Shown: positions 52,556-62,722, counted from the stretch's first letter. The stretch: 64,000 bases of DNA from Gemmatimonadales bacterium (GCA_036558125.1 DATBGE010000146.1:52222-116221); one strand, 5' to 3'. A program made the numbers and translations. Notes: a model not told the origin generated them from the letters alone.

Positions 52556-54582
52556 GCCGGAGCGGAGGCAGCGCCTTCCGGCTCTCCACTCAGCGCGGCG
52601 AGCGCCGTGCGGGCCACGACCGGTTCCAGGTCGCGCGCGAGCACCAGCAGCAATGGCCGCCGTTCCGGAACTCGCAGCCGGCCCAGCGCGCGAGCCGCTT
52701 CATTCCGAATGGCCCAATCCGGATCCTCCGCCAGGGCACTGAACAAGGGGAGGTCGCTGGGGCCGGCCAGGTCGGCGAGTCCTTGGGCCGCGACCCGCCG
52801 GATTTCCACCTGGGACTCCTCCAACCGCTGGCGCAGGAATTCCACCGTGCCGGTCGAAGCGATGTTGGCCAGAGCGGCGAGAATCTCGATTTTCTCGTGA
52901 AGCAAGGCGGAGCCATAGAGCGTCTGGAGCGGAGCCGCGGCCTGAGCCGCGCCCAACCGGCCCAACGCGCGAATCACGTGATAGCGCAACGAGTCATTGG
53001 TGTTGAGCAGCGCAAGCAGCGTCGCCAGCGTACGGCCGCCCGGCCGCTTCGCCAGCAGGTCCAGCACCTCGGTTTGTACCGACTCCTCGGGGTCGGCCAG
53101 CGCTCGAAGCAGCGCGACTTCTGCCCGCGAGCCGTCCATCTGAGCTACGACCCGGAATGCGGCGCGGCGCAGGGCGGCCGACTCAGCGTGCGCCATTTCA
53201 AGAATCTCCGGGTCGAAAGCGCGGCAACCGGAGTGCTCGACCACGCGAACGGCGCGCAACCTCACCCCCTCGTCCACGTCCGACTGAAGGAACGGAGCGA
53301 AGCTCAGCTCCAGAGCCTGGGCCGGCATGTGTGCCAGCGCTGCCGCAGCGGCATCTCGTTCCTGCCCCGTGCTGTCCTGCAGCATTTGCAGGAGGTCTGG
53401 TATGGCTTCGACCGCCTTCAGCGGGCCAAGGGCGCGGCAGGCAGCCGCGCGAATTTGCTCGCTCTCATCCCGCAGGAGGCCGTTTATTCGCGAAAGGTCA
53501 TCCAAGGTGAGCTCGCCAACTTCCAACGCGCCCTGCCTTACTCTCACGTCGGGGTGAGCCAGCAGACTGCCCAGGGTTGCGCGCAGACATCCGTGGAAGC
53601 GCCGCACCAGAGGACGCAGCCACGCGACTCCTTCCCGATCCACGCCCCACCGTACCACCCAGGGGTGCAGTGACTCGAGACCGCCGGACAGCGCGAGAGT
53701 CGCGGCGGCGCGAACCAGCGGTCCACCGCCCCGGGTACCTCTCCGATCGTCCGTCGCGTTGAGGGGGTCGAGCGGCTCCTCGCCAGAAACCTCCCCTTGA
53801 AGCACCGCGGCGAGATAGCGCCAGATACCGTCCCGGTCCGCGTCAATCCGCCGCCCCACGCGCTCCAGCAGAGGCATTCCCGGGTGGAGCGACGCGGCCA
53901 GCGCCAGAACAATGGGGCTGCGCAGCTCGACGGTGTCGGACCGGAACAGCAGCGTCAGCAAGGGCTCCGCCGCTTCCGGGGCGCCGATTTTCCGAAGCGC
54001 TTCGAGGGCGGGGATCGTGACAAAGCTTTCCGGCACCAGGCCGACGAGGACCGGCGCTGCGAGAGGATCACCGATCTCACCGAGTGCATCGGTGGCCGCC
54101 AGCTGGAGCCAGGGTTCTTCGCCCAGGATCTCGATCAGCCGGGGCACCGCATCCCGGGCCCGGACTCGTCCCAGCGCTTCGATCGCCGCCTGCACCACGT
54201 TCACCTGTTCATGCTTGAGCAGCCGCAGGAGAGCGGGCCAGCATTCGACCGCCTTGATCTCGCCCAGGATCTGACACGCGAACATTACGACGTCGGGATC
54301 CGGATCCTCGAGCATGCCCCCGACGTGCTGGATCGCATAGGGGCCTTGTCGCGTCAGAGCGGCCAAGGCCGCATTGCGCAGGACGGCGTTGTCCGGAGAT
54401 CCGACCAGCGGGGCGAGCCGCGCGGGTTCAATGCAGCGCGCCGCCCACGCGATCGCCACGTCCCGGACGGCGGGCGACTCATCCTCCAGGGCGGAAAAGA
54501 TCTCCGCCTCCCGCAGGGCATGGTCTGCCGGGGAGGCGAGAGCGTTGAGCCTGGCAGTCAGGGCCGAAGCGGCGCGCGGCAT
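52552..54582 (-). CDS. HEAT-repeat (PBS-lyase-like) protein embedded in the che operon
   Basis: 676 aa of repeated modules of about 30 aa, such as VRxAAxxALGxLxxxxAxxxLxxxL. 4-nt overlap with cheR and 1-nt overlap with the MCP gene. Confidence 0.8.
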   Translation of the reverse strand: MPRAASALTARLNALASPADHALREAEIFSALEDESPAVRDVAIAWAARCIEPARLAPLVGSPDNAVLRNAALAALTRQGPYAIQHVGGMLEDPDPDVVMFACQILGEIKAVECWPALLRLLKHEQVNVVQAAIEALGRVRARDAVPRLIEILGEEPWLQLAATDALGEIGDPLAAPVLVGLVPESFVTIPALEALRKIGAPEAAEPLLTLLFRSDTVELRSPIVLALAASLHPGMPLLERVGRRIDADRDGIWRYLAAVLQGEVSGEEPLDPLNATDDRRGTRGGGPLVRAAATLALSGGLESLHPWVVRWGVDREGVAWLRPLVRRFHGCLRATLGSLLAHPDVRVRQGALEVGELTLDDLSRINGLLRDESEQIRAAACRALGPLKAVEAIPDLLQMLQDSTGQERDAAAAALAHMPAQALELSFAPFLQSDVDEGVRLRAVRVVEHSGCRAFDPEILEMAHAESAALRRAAFRVVAQMDGSRAEVALLRALADPEESVQTEVLDLLAKRPGGRTLATLLALLNTNDSLRYHVIRALGRLGAAQAAAPLQTLYGSALLHEKIEILAALANIASTGTVEFLRQRLEESQVEIRRVAAQGLADLAGPSDLPLFSALAEDPDWAIRNEAARALGRLRVPERRPLLLVLARDLEPVVARTALAALSGEPEGAASAPA

Positions 54583-56066
54583 CAGCTCTTGAAAGTCTCG
54601 ACCCGCACCCGTAGTGCTTCCGATTCACCGGCGAGGTTGCGGGAAGCCGCGCCCATCTGTTCCACCGCGACCTGATTCTGGCGGGAGACCAGGGCGATGG
54701 ATTCCACGGCCTTCACTACCATGTCGCCGCCGCGCTTCTGCTCCGCCACGCCTTCGGACATCTGGTGGGTCAGCTTGTTCATCTTCTGTGCGGCCGCGGT
54801 GATTTCCCGTGCGCCGGCCGCGTTCTCCTTGACCGACGCGGCAATCTGTCGGGTCAGGTTGGCCATATTGCCCGCCATCGCGAGGACCTCGCGCGCGTCA
54901 GACGCCTGCTCTTCGGTCGCATGGGCCGCTTCGCTCACCAACTGTGACGTCTGGTTCACCGAACCGACGATCGTCGCCAGCACCTGTTCCATCATCGTCA
55001 CGGCCCCGCCGGTTTCCCGCTGGACCGTGTCGATCACCTGAGCGATCTCCTGGGTCGCTTGCACCGACCGCTCGGCCAGGCGGCGGACTTCGTCCGCCAC
55101 GACCGCGAAGCCCTTCCCTGCGTCGCCCGCGCGCGCCGCCTCGATGGTCGCGTTCAGCGCCAGCAGGTTGGTCTGGTCCGCGATGTCCTCGATGACCTTG
55201 ATGATCTTGCCGATTTCCTGGGAGCGCTCCCCGATCGCCGCGATCGATTTCGTCAACCGCTCTCCACCCAAGCGGGCTTCGCTCACCGAGTGCTTGGAGA
55301 CCTCGTCCACCTTGTGCACCCGTGACGCGATGGAGCCGACAGTGTTGATCATGTCGGTCAGCGTACCGGTGACTTCCTCTACCGCGCCGAGCAGGGTGTC
55401 GCCGTTCTGGGCCGTCTGCGCCAGCACCACGCTCATCTGCTGAATTGAGGAAGAGGTTTCGTCCACGTTGGCCGCCAGCGCCTCGGCATTCTTGGCCAAC
55501 GCCTGCATCTGCGCCGCCATCTCGACCATGGTCGACGAGGTTTCTTCGGTCGAGCTGGACTGGGCTTCGGCACCCTTGGTCATCTGGGTAGCCGACGCCG
55601 AGATCTCTTCCGCCGAAGTAGCCACCGTCCGGGAAGAGGTGGTGATCTGGCCGACGATCTGCCGGAGGTTCTTGACCATCCCCCGCATGATGTGCTCGAG
55701 CCAGCCGATCTCGTCCCGGGAGAGGCTCTTGATGTCGATCGTCAGGTCGCCGTTGGACACCTGCTCCGCGGCCATGCCCAGCCGGGTCAGCGGGTCAGCG
55801 ATGAGCCGGGCGAGGAAAAACGCAGCCAGAAGCCCGAGGACGACGCCCGAAGCAACCAGGATCAGGATCAGAGACCTCGAGTCCTGATAGATCGCGTCGA
55901 CCGTGCCGCCGCCCTGAGAGGACATGACTGCGGAATGCATACGGTCGAGCTGTCGGATCGCGTAGGCCCCGACCACTCCAGTGGCCAGCAGCGCGATGGC
56001 GAAACCCGTGAGGATTTTCCGGCGGATGGTCCAGTTCCGGATCACCTGGAGAATCTGTTCGCTCAT
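54582..56066 (-). CDS. Methyl-accepting chemotaxis protein (two TM segments, roughly 30-aa outer loop, HAMP)
   Basis: Highly conserved signalling hairpin [40 protein letters not shown]. Confidence 0.9.
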   Translation of the reverse strand: MSEQILQVIRNWTIRRKILTGFAIALLATGVVGAYAIRQLDRMHSAVMSSQGGGTVDAIYQDSRSLILILVASGVVLGLLAAFFLARLIADPLTRLGMAAEQVSNGDLTIDIKSLSRDEIGWLEHIMRGMVKNLRQIVGQITTSSRTVATSAEEISASATQMTKGAEAQSSSTEETSSTMVEMAAQMQALAKNAEALAANVDETSSSIQQMSVVLAQTAQNGDTLLGAVEEVTGTLTDMINTVGSIASRVHKVDEVSKHSVSEARLGGERLTKSIAAIGERSQEIGKIIKVIEDIADQTNLLALNATIEAARAGDAGKGFAVVADEVRRLAERSVQATQEIAQVIDTVQRETGGAVTMMEQVLATIVGSVNQTSQLVSEAAHATEEQASDAREVLAMAGNMANLTRQIAASVKENAAGAREITAAAQKMNKLTHQMSEGVAEQKRGGDMVVKAVESIALVSRQNQVAVEQMGAASRNLAGESEALRVRVETFKS

Positions 56067-56623
56067 GAGACGAGGGGTGGTTGGGTAGACACGTTTTCGA
56101 GCAAGAGTGCCTTATCGAGCTCGATGAGGATGATGAGCCGCGGACCCACTCGCGCGACATTGGTGACGTAATCGGCGCGCTGCGAAACAACTTCATCTGG
56201 CGGCGGGACGATGGCGCTCTCGCCGATCTTCACCACCTGCGAAACGACATCCACCAGAATTCCCACCATGCGACCATGCGCCTCCACAACCACGACCCGG
56301 GAGCGCGCCGTCAGCTCGGCTCGTTCCAGCCCGAAGCGGGTTCGGATCTCCACCACGGGCAGGATCCGCCCCCGGAGGTTCATGACGCCGCGGATGTGCG
56401 GCGGGGCCTGCGGGACCCGGGTGATTTCCGGAACCCGCACGATCTCGCGTGCCCGCGCGATTGGGATGCCGAATTCCTCACGGTCGAGCCCGAAGATGAC
56501 GAGATGACGCTCGGGTTCGGCTTCCTCCGCTCGAACAGCGACGCCCTGCTGGGCCACGTCGTCGGCAAAGGTCAGCAAGCCGTCCCGTGCGGTGAGCTTC
56601 AGTTCCTGTTTCAGGTCTGTCAT
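56063..56623 (-). CDS. cheW: Chemotaxis coupling protein CheW
   Basis: CheW pattern [12 protein letters not shown]...[16 protein letters not shown]. Confidence 0.9.
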   Translation of the reverse strand: MTDLKQELKLTARDGLLTFADDVAQQGVAVRAEEAEPERHLVIFGLDREEFGIPIARAREIVRVPEITRVPQAPPHIRGVMNLRGRILPVVEIRTRFGLERAELTARSRVVVVEAHGRMVGILVDVVSQVVKIGESAIVPPPDEVVSQRADYVTNVARVGPRLIILIELDKALLLENVSTQPPLVS

Positions 56624-58302
56624 GAGAGAGTCGCGGTTTCGGGTGTCCGAAGCTCGGCGAATCGCGCCGTGTCGAGAATGCAGGCTACCCGACCGTCGCC
56701 CAGGATCGTGGCGCCAGAGATCGTCGGAGGCCGCCCCAGCGAGGGGTCGAGCGCCTTCACGACAACGTCCTGATGCCCGAGCAAGCCATCAACCAGCATC
56801 CCCCGGCGCTTGGCTCCCGACCGGACCACCACGCAGTAGTTGCGGGAGGTCCGAGGTCCGGTCCCGCCCAGCACCTCGCCGGCGTCGGACACCGGAATGA
56901 CCTGGCCTCGCCAGAGAATCATTCCGTGCCCGTCGATCTGGTGAATGGCCTCGTTCGTCACCCGAAGCGATTCCGCCACGTCGCCAAGCGGCACGGCGTA
57001 GCGCTCCCCGTCAACGGCGACCAGCAGCGAGCGGAGCACAGCCAGGGTGAGCGGCAGGCTCATCGTGAACTTGGTGCCCTTCCCCGGCTCGCTCGCGACC
57101 TCGATGCTTCCGCCCAGCGTACGAATCGAGTTGGCGACGACGTCGAGGCCCACGCCGCGTCCCGCCAGCGCCGAAACCCGCTCGGTCGTCGAGAGACCCG
57201 GCAGAAAGGCCAACGCAAACACTTCTTCGCGCGAAGGCGTCGCCTCCGCCGCAACCGCACCGAGCTGCCTCGCCTTGTGCAGGATGCGGTCGGGATCGAG
57301 TCCCCGTCCGTCATCGGCGACCGTAAGGATGACCCGGTCCGAACGTTGAGTCGCGGAAAGCGTCACCGTCGCCTCTGCTGGCTTCCCCGCGCGCTCCCGG
57401 TCCTCCGGCGATTCGAGGCCATGGATCACGGCGTTGGTCACCAGGTGCACCAGAGGCTCACCGAGCCGGTCGATGATGGTCTTGTCAAGCTGAGTCTCGC
57501 CGCCCGACGTCACGAGGCGAACCCGCTTTTCGTGGGCGTGAGCGACATCCCGCAGCAGCAGGTTGAAGCGGCCGAACACAGTCGCGATCGAAACAAGCCG
57601 GGTCGCCATGAGCGAGCCTTCAAGCCGCTTCAGGGTCTTTTCCAGCGAAGCGAGCGCGTGCTCGAGGTCGGAAATACCGGCACCATGCTGGCGGGCGGCG
57701 AGATCTCGAAGCGCCTCGCGCAGACCCAGGCTCGCGATCATCGTCTCGCCGAAGCTCTCCAGCAGCCCATCCAGTCGCCGGGCATCCACCCGAATCGTGC
57801 TGACTACGCCGTCGGCGCCGAGCTCCCCGACTTCGGCGCTGGTCCGGCGCTCGAACCTGCGGCGCTCAGGAAAGGCCGGCGTTTCCGCCCCGGCCGATTC
57901 AGTCTGTATGAACTCGCGGGCCATGGTGATGAAGGCGTCGCTCCGCTCGGCGGAGACCGGTCCGCGGGACGCGCGACCGACCATCTCCACCAGCAACCCT
58001 GCCCCTCTCAGCAGAAGCCCGGACGCCGCCGGCCGCAGGTCAGGCCGTTCTCCGAGGAAAGCGCACACGTCTTCCATGCAGTGCGCCAAGGCCTGGATCG
58101 GCGTGAGGCCCATCATGGCCGAATTGCCCTTCAGGGTATGCAGGGAGCCTTTGAGCGTGGCGAACAACTGGTCGGCAGGGTCGCCTTCTTCCCACCGCCG
58201 CTCGAGGGTGACGAGGGTATCCCCTACGGCCTGAGCGAGCGGAGCGCACTCCGCTACGTATTCCTCAAGCAGCTCCGCGAAGGGATTCCCGTCCGCGCTC
58301 AT
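56620..58302 (-). CDS. cheA: Chemotaxis histidine kinase CheA
   Basis: Hpt domain (LKGSLHTLKGNSAMMGL), HATPase domain (DDGRGLD...GRGVGLDVV) and a C-terminal CheW-like domain. ATG 58302 lies 1 nt after the upstream stop. Confidence 0.9.
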   Translation of the reverse strand: MSADGNPFAELLEEYVAECAPLAQAVGDTLVTLERRWEEGDPADQLFATLKGSLHTLKGNSAMMGLTPIQALAHCMEDVCAFLGERPDLRPAASGLLLRGAGLLVEMVGRASRGPVSAERSDAFITMAREFIQTESAGAETPAFPERRRFERRTSAEVGELGADGVVSTIRVDARRLDGLLESFGETMIASLGLREALRDLAARQHGAGISDLEHALASLEKTLKRLEGSLMATRLVSIATVFGRFNLLLRDVAHAHEKRVRLVTSGGETQLDKTIIDRLGEPLVHLVTNAVIHGLESPEDRERAGKPAEATVTLSATQRSDRVILTVADDGRGLDPDRILHKARQLGAVAAEATPSREEVFALAFLPGLSTTERVSALAGRGVGLDVVANSIRTLGGSIEVASEPGKGTKFTMSLPLTLAVLRSLLVAVDGERYAVPLGDVAESLRVTNEAIHQIDGHGMILWRGQVIPVSDAGEVLGGTGPRTSRNYCVVVRSGAKRRGMLVDGLLGHQDVVVKALDPSLGRPPTISGATILGDGRVACILDTARFAELRTPETATLS

Positions 58303-58303
58303 C

Positions 58304-58702
58304 CTAGGTCCGGGCCCCCCGTGCGCGGGCCCGCTCCACCAGCTCGGTGAGTTGAGCGGGAGTGAACGGTTTGCGGAGATATTCCCAGGCGCCGGCCGCT
58401 CTGCCCCGGGCCTCGTCATCCGCGCTATCCTCGGTGGTCACCAGCACGATCGGGATGTGGGGGTGAAGATTTTCAGCGCGACGGCGCTCCAGGAACTCGA
58501 GCCCGTTCATCTCCGGCATGTTGAGGTCCAGGAAGACCATCTCGATCTCGGGGTGCGTGGTAAACAGCGCGTATCCCTCCCGGCCGTTCTTCGCGTGCAG
58601 GAGAGTACTGCTCGCGAGCGCGCCCTTGGCGAAGACCAGCATGTACATCTGGTGGTGGAGGCGGGAATCATCGACCACCAGGAAAACGGACTTGGCGCTC
58701 AT
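58304..58702 (-). CDS. CheY-like single-domain response regulator
   Basis: Receiver motifs VVDDS, LDLNMPEMNG and RKPF. Confidence 0.85.
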   Translation of the reverse strand: MSAKSVFLVVDDSRLHHQMYMLVFAKGALASSTLLHAKNGREGYALFTTHPEIEMVFLDLNMPEMNGLEFLERRRAENLHPHIPIVLVTTEDSADDEARGRAAGAWEYLRKPFTPAQLTELVERARARGART

Positions 58703-59082
58703 CCAATCCGCTCCGGGATGACTTGACGGATGACCTCACGCAGTTCGTTCGGCCGCCATGGCTTCCGGACCACTGCCGAGACCCCCAGCGCTCGCGCGTG
58801 TTGAAGGAGCGAAGAGTCCTCCGGCTCGGCGGTGGTGAGGATGATCGGGATGGAATGGAACTCGAGCCCGCTCTTACGCAGGGCCTCGATGAACTCGGCT
58901 CCGTCCATGTCGGGCATGCGAAGATCCAGCAGGATCAGGTCGTACGGTGCCGGCGAATCGTTGATGAGCTGGAGCGCGTCCCGACCGTTGAGGGCCGTGA
59001 CCATCGCGTGCTCCCGCTTGGAGAAAACCAGGCCGTACATTTTTTGTACGAGCGGAGAATCCTCGACGATCAGTATTCTCAT
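58699..59082 (-). CDS. CheY-like single-domain response regulator (first gene of the operon)
   Basis: ATG 59082 (MRILIVEDSP). Receiver motifs LDLRMPDMDG and RKPW. Confidence 0.85.
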   Translation of the reverse strand: MRILIVEDSPLVQKMYGLVFSKREHAMVTALNGRDALQLINDSPAPYDLILLDLRMPDMDGAEFIEALRKSGLEFHSIPIILTTAEPEDSSLLQHARALGVSAVVRKPWRPNELREVIRQVIPERIG

Positions 59083-59406
59083 GACGCGATCGTCCCCCCG
59101 GTCGAGATGGCCGACAACTCTCTGTGAACGGTTCGAAGGGGTGAGAGGGGCAAGAAGCAGGCCCGTTGTTGTCGAACTCTTGCACACCTCTGATGGCGAG
59201 CAATCCCGGATGGGAATACCAGGCCCGACCGCTACCCTCGTACAGGGCCTAAGTCCAAGCCGCAACTCACGAACCGGGTCAGCGGCCGGAGCGTGAAAAC
59301 GCCGCCCTGACTCGCCGAGCCGACGACTTCACGAAGAGAATTCTCAGCCGGGAAGGCGGATCGCGCTCTGGATTTCCGGGCTTGCAGGACGCGAGGAGTG
59401 GCTGGC

Positions 59407-59964
59407 TTAGCGCACCAGAACCGGGATGGGATGAAGGACCTTGCCGTCGTCCCCCTTGGCCGCGGCGTCGATCGAATCGCGGTCCCAGATGACCAGCGAG
59501 ATCAGGTCGCTGGAGCCGGCGAACGTTTCGAGGTCCTGCTTCGCCAGGACTGGCTCCTTGAGTGGCCGGTTGAGGGTGTCGGCCCGGAAGGGATGGGTGT
59601 GAAAGGTACCAACGAGGCCCGGTGTTCCTTCACAATCACCGGTAACTGCGAACTGCAACTGCTTCATGTTCCGCGCGGGGATCCATCCCTCGACTCGCAC
59701 GGTGTCACCGATCCGACTGCCGGTAAGACACCCGAGATACTCCTTCTGAGTGGGCCGTACCGTCCCCAGCATCTTCTCCAGCTGAGTCAGGTCCTCCAAT
59801 TCGTCCCAGTGCTCATTGGAACGGACGAAGATTGCGTTCATAGAGTCCGCGACGGGTCGCGACAGCACGATGACGGGCCGCTGGGCGGCGGGGCAACCAA
59901 GCACCCACACCAATCCCAGCAGAGAGAACGCACCGGCACCACCCAGAGTCTCGAGCGTGCGCAT
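59407..59964 (-). CDS. Hypothetical lipoprotein with an HTHP motif
   Basis: ATG 59964 and lipobox LGLVWVLGC. GTFHTHPF is reminiscent of JAB/MPN H-x-H but lacks the canonical downstream S-x2-D spacing. The upstream part of the 509-aa track ORF is antisense to real genes. Confidence 0.5.
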   Translation of the reverse strand: MRTLETLGGAGAFSLLGLVWVLGCPAAQRPVIVLSRPVADSMNAIFVRSNEHWDELEDLTQLEKMLGTVRPTQKEYLGCLTGSRIGDTVRVEGWIPARNMKQLQFAVTGDCEGTPGLVGTFHTHPFRADTLNRPLKEPVLAKQDLETFAGSSDLISLVIWDRDSIDAAAKGDDGKVLHPIPVLVR

Positions 59965-60045
59965 TTCGAAGAGTAGCTCAATCCGGCCCGATTGAAACTG
60001 GCGCCGTGAGGGATACCTTGAGAGCATTCTCCCACACCGGAAGCC

Positions 60046-60768
60046 GTGATGCCGTCCGCCGACACGACGCCCAGCGCCTTTACCGACGCCCTCGAAATTT
60101 TCTACGCACCGTCGGAGGTTTTCCAACGCCGCACGCTGGAGCCCTCGTTCGGTCTTCCCCTGGTCATTCTGGTGCTGGGGATCGGGATCCTGTTCTTCGC
60201 GTCCCGGAGTGCCATGGATCCGATCTTCGACGCGGAGTTCAAGCGCGGATGGGCGACGGCGATGAAGCAGAACCCCCAGATCACCGCGGAGATGGAGCCC
60301 CAGGCCAGGGAGAATGCCAGAAAGTTTGTGGCTGTCGTTGTGATTGGGTACGCGTTCTTCGCACCGTTTTTTCTGGGCTTTTTCCTCTGGCTGGCCGGCA
60401 AGCTGGTTGGAGCCAAGCAGGAGCTGGCCGCAGCCTGCATGGTGGCTACCTTCGCACTCTACCCCAAGATCCTGGAAGGTATAATCAACGCCCTGCAGGC
60501 TCTGCTCCTTCCCGAGGAATCCCTCGTGGGACGATACAGCGTAACCCTGGGGCTCGGGCGCTTCTTTGATCCGGATACCGCCAACCCCCTTCTGCTGGCG
60601 CTGGTTGGCCGTATCGACGTAATCACCATTTGGGTAACGGTCCTTCTCGCAATCGGACTGTCCGTTACCGGCAAGATTTCCCGAAGCCAGGCCGCGCTGG
60701 CCGCGGCACTGGTCTGGTTGATAGGAGCGCTGCTCCCCGTATTGGGCGCGCTCCGTTCGATGGCCTGA
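60046..60768 (+). CDS. Yip1-domain integral membrane protein
   Basis: About 240 aa with five hydrophobic helices and a soluble N-terminal segment. Family assignment is by overall pattern only. Confidence 0.6.
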   Translation: MMPSADTTPSAFTDALEIFYAPSEVFQRRTLEPSFGLPLVILVLGIGILFFASRSAMDPIFDAEFKRGWATAMKQNPQITAEMEPQARENARKFVAVVVIGYAFFAPFFLGFFLWLAGKLVGAKQELAAACMVATFALYPKILEGIINALQALLLPEESLVGRYSVTLGLGRFFDPDTANPLLLALVGRIDVITIWVTVLLAIGLSVTGKISRSQAALAAALVWLIGALLPVLGALRSMA

Positions 60769-60786
60769 ACAGCCGTCAGGAGCACC

Positions 60787-61062
60787 ATGAAAATCAAGCG
60801 CGGGACCATCATCACACTCCTCGCAGTGGCTCTTTTCGGAGCCCTGCTTCTGTTCAATACGCTTTCGGCGCAGAAGGCCGAGTGCAATGTGTGCGTCGAG
60901 TTCAACGGCAAACACAACTGCGCTGCGGCTTCTCACGAGAACCGGGAAGAGGCCGCCCGATCCGCCCAGACCACCGCTTGCGGTATCCTGGCCAGCGGCA
61001 TGAATGAGTCCATCGCGTGCGGGAGGACCAAGCCAGTCTCGGTCCAGTGCCGCACGAAATGA
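60787..61062 (+). CDS. Small secreted Cys-containing protein
   Basis: Signal or anchor helix (IITLLAVALFGALLLF) and six Cys residues in the mature part. The stop overlaps the next start (ATGA). Confidence 0.45.
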   Translation: MKIKRGTIITLLAVALFGALLLFNTLSAQKAECNVCVEFNGKHNCAAASHENREEAARSAQTTACGILASGMNESIACGRTKPVSVQCRTK

Positions 61063-62405
61063 AGGGACTCCACGCCCGCTTTCCGCATCCCCTGACGCTT
61101 CTCGTCGGCTGTCTCCTGGTCGCGGCAGCCCTCACCTACATTCTTCCCCCCGGCCAGTACCAGCGGCGTGAAGACCCAGTCACCCACCGCGAGGTCGTCG
61201 TACCCGGCACCTTCGCCCCGGTAGACCGCTCTCCCGTCAATCTGTTCCAGGCCGCAGTGGCCATCCCGCGTGGAATGGCCGACGCGGCCTCGGTGGTCTT
61301 CCTCGTCTTTCTCATAGGTGGTGCCTTCACGGTTGTCGACCGGACCGGGGCACTCCGCACGGCCATTGGTGCCCTGGTCCGGAAACTCGACCGGCGGGAA
61401 ACCCTGGTCATCCCGGTTTGCTGCGTCGCGTTTGCGCTGGGTGGAGCGCTCGAGAACATGCAGGAAGAGATCATCGCTTTCGTTCCTCTCCTCCTGCTGC
61501 TGACCCGGCGACTCGGCTTCGATGCGCTCACCGCGGTCGCCATGAGCCTGGGAGCGGCGGCCGTCGCGGCATCGTTCAGCCCCATCAACCCTTTCCAGGC
61601 GCAAATCGCCCAGAAACTGGCCCAGCTGCCCCTCGGCTCGGGATGGGAGTTCCGTACCATCATGATGTTGCTGGCGCTCGGTTTCTGGACCTGGGGCGTG
61701 ACCCGGCACGCTCGCCGCACCCGCAAGCCGCCCGAGGCCGTCGAGCTGGAATCCGCAGCTTCTCTCGGCTGGCGCACGCCGCTGATTCTGCTCTCGGTCC
61801 TGGGAGCGTTCTCGGTGTTCCTCTACGGAATTCTGAGACTTGGGTGGGATTTCGATCAGTTGTCCGCGGTCTTCTTCATCATGGGAGTCCTGACGGGGCT
61901 GCTGGGCAAGCTGGGTATTCGCGGGACGGTGGATGCGTTCGTGGAAGGGTTCAGGTCCATGACGCTGGCGGCTCTTCTGATCGGATTTGCCCGCGCCATT
62001 TCGGTTGTGCTCGAACAAGGGAGGATTCTCGACACGATCGTTCACGGGCTGTCGGCTCCGCTGGCAAATCTCCCACCGGCCGTCTCCGCGATTGGCATCA
62101 TGGCGGTGGAAGCCGGGATTCACGTACCGGTTCCGAGTGTGAGCGGTGAGGCCGTGCTTACCCTTCCCGTTCTGGTTCCTCTCTCTGATCTGATCGGCTT
62201 GTCCCGACAGGTGACCGTCCTCGCCTACCAGTATGGTGCGGGGCTGTGCGAGCTCGTCACTCCGACTAACGGCGCCCTCATGGCCATGCTCGCAGCCGCC
62301 GGGGTCGGCTATGACGACTGGCTCAAGGCCTTCACCAAGCTGGTCGGCGGGCTGGCTCTGATCGGCCTCGCCGCGATCGTCCTCGCCATCGCCATTTCGC
62401 TGTAG
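61059..62405 (+). CDS. YfcC/AbgT-like (C4-dicarboxylate anaerobic carrier family) transporter
   Basis: About 448 aa polytopic membrane protein. ATG 61059 is preferred. Confidence 0.7.
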   Translation: MKGLHARFPHPLTLLVGCLLVAAALTYILPPGQYQRREDPVTHREVVVPGTFAPVDRSPVNLFQAAVAIPRGMADAASVVFLVFLIGGAFTVVDRTGALRTAIGALVRKLDRRETLVIPVCCVAFALGGALENMQEEIIAFVPLLLLLTRRLGFDALTAVAMSLGAAAVAASFSPINPFQAQIAQKLAQLPLGSGWEFRTIMMLLALGFWTWGVTRHARRTRKPPEAVELESAASLGWRTPLILLSVLGAFSVFLYGILRLGWDFDQLSAVFFIMGVLTGLLGKLGIRGTVDAFVEGFRSMTLAALLIGFARAISVVLEQGRILDTIVHGLSAPLANLPPAVSAIGIMAVEAGIHVPVPSVSGEAVLTLPVLVPLSDLIGLSRQVTVLAYQYGAGLCELVTPTNGALMAMLAAAGVGYDDWLKAFTKLVGGLALIGLAAIVLAIAISL

Positions 62406-62707
62406 CGGGCCGCCGTCTTCTTACCGGTCAAGCCATCGGGCCGTCTGAACGGCAGCCCCAGCGCCAGAAGAATTGTCCGCCGCAGGGTGCACCCGCAGCT
62501 TGAATATCGCGACGAGCCAGGAATCCGACATCGAAGAAAGGGAAGGGGCAAGGTGGCGGCAACGAAGTGACTCGGACCCGCTCACGCCAGAGGACGAGCG
62601 CTATGGTCACCCTGCAACCACAGGGCCTGAGTCAGTCTGGCCCGCTGCTAACCGACTATCCTGCTATAATTTACCGACGTCTGGCGCTGTAACGATTCCG
62701 GCGCATG

Positions 62708-62722
62708 TGGCACTAACGTTGC
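62708..62722 (+). promoter_or_regulatory. Perfect-consensus sigma-54 promoter upstream of the GNAT gene
   Basis: TGGCAC-TAACG-TTGC matches the -24/-12 core at 10 of 10 positions. It is intergenic and co-oriented, about 60 nt before ATG 62783. AGGAGG lies at 62738-62743. Confidence 0.5.

Noticed and set aside
59150-59164. A sigma-54-like element upstream of the che operon; the minus strand reads GGGCCT-GCTTC-TTGC.
   Set aside because: It matches only 7 of 10 positions and has a poor -24 hexamer. It is mentioned in the che finding but is too weak to list as a feature.
59965-60936. The N-terminal two-thirds of the 509-aa minus-strand ORF 59407-60936.
   Set aside because: It is antisense to the Yip1-like and small secreted-protein genes. 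Only the C-terminal 185 aa, from ATG 59964 with a lipobox, look like a real protein.
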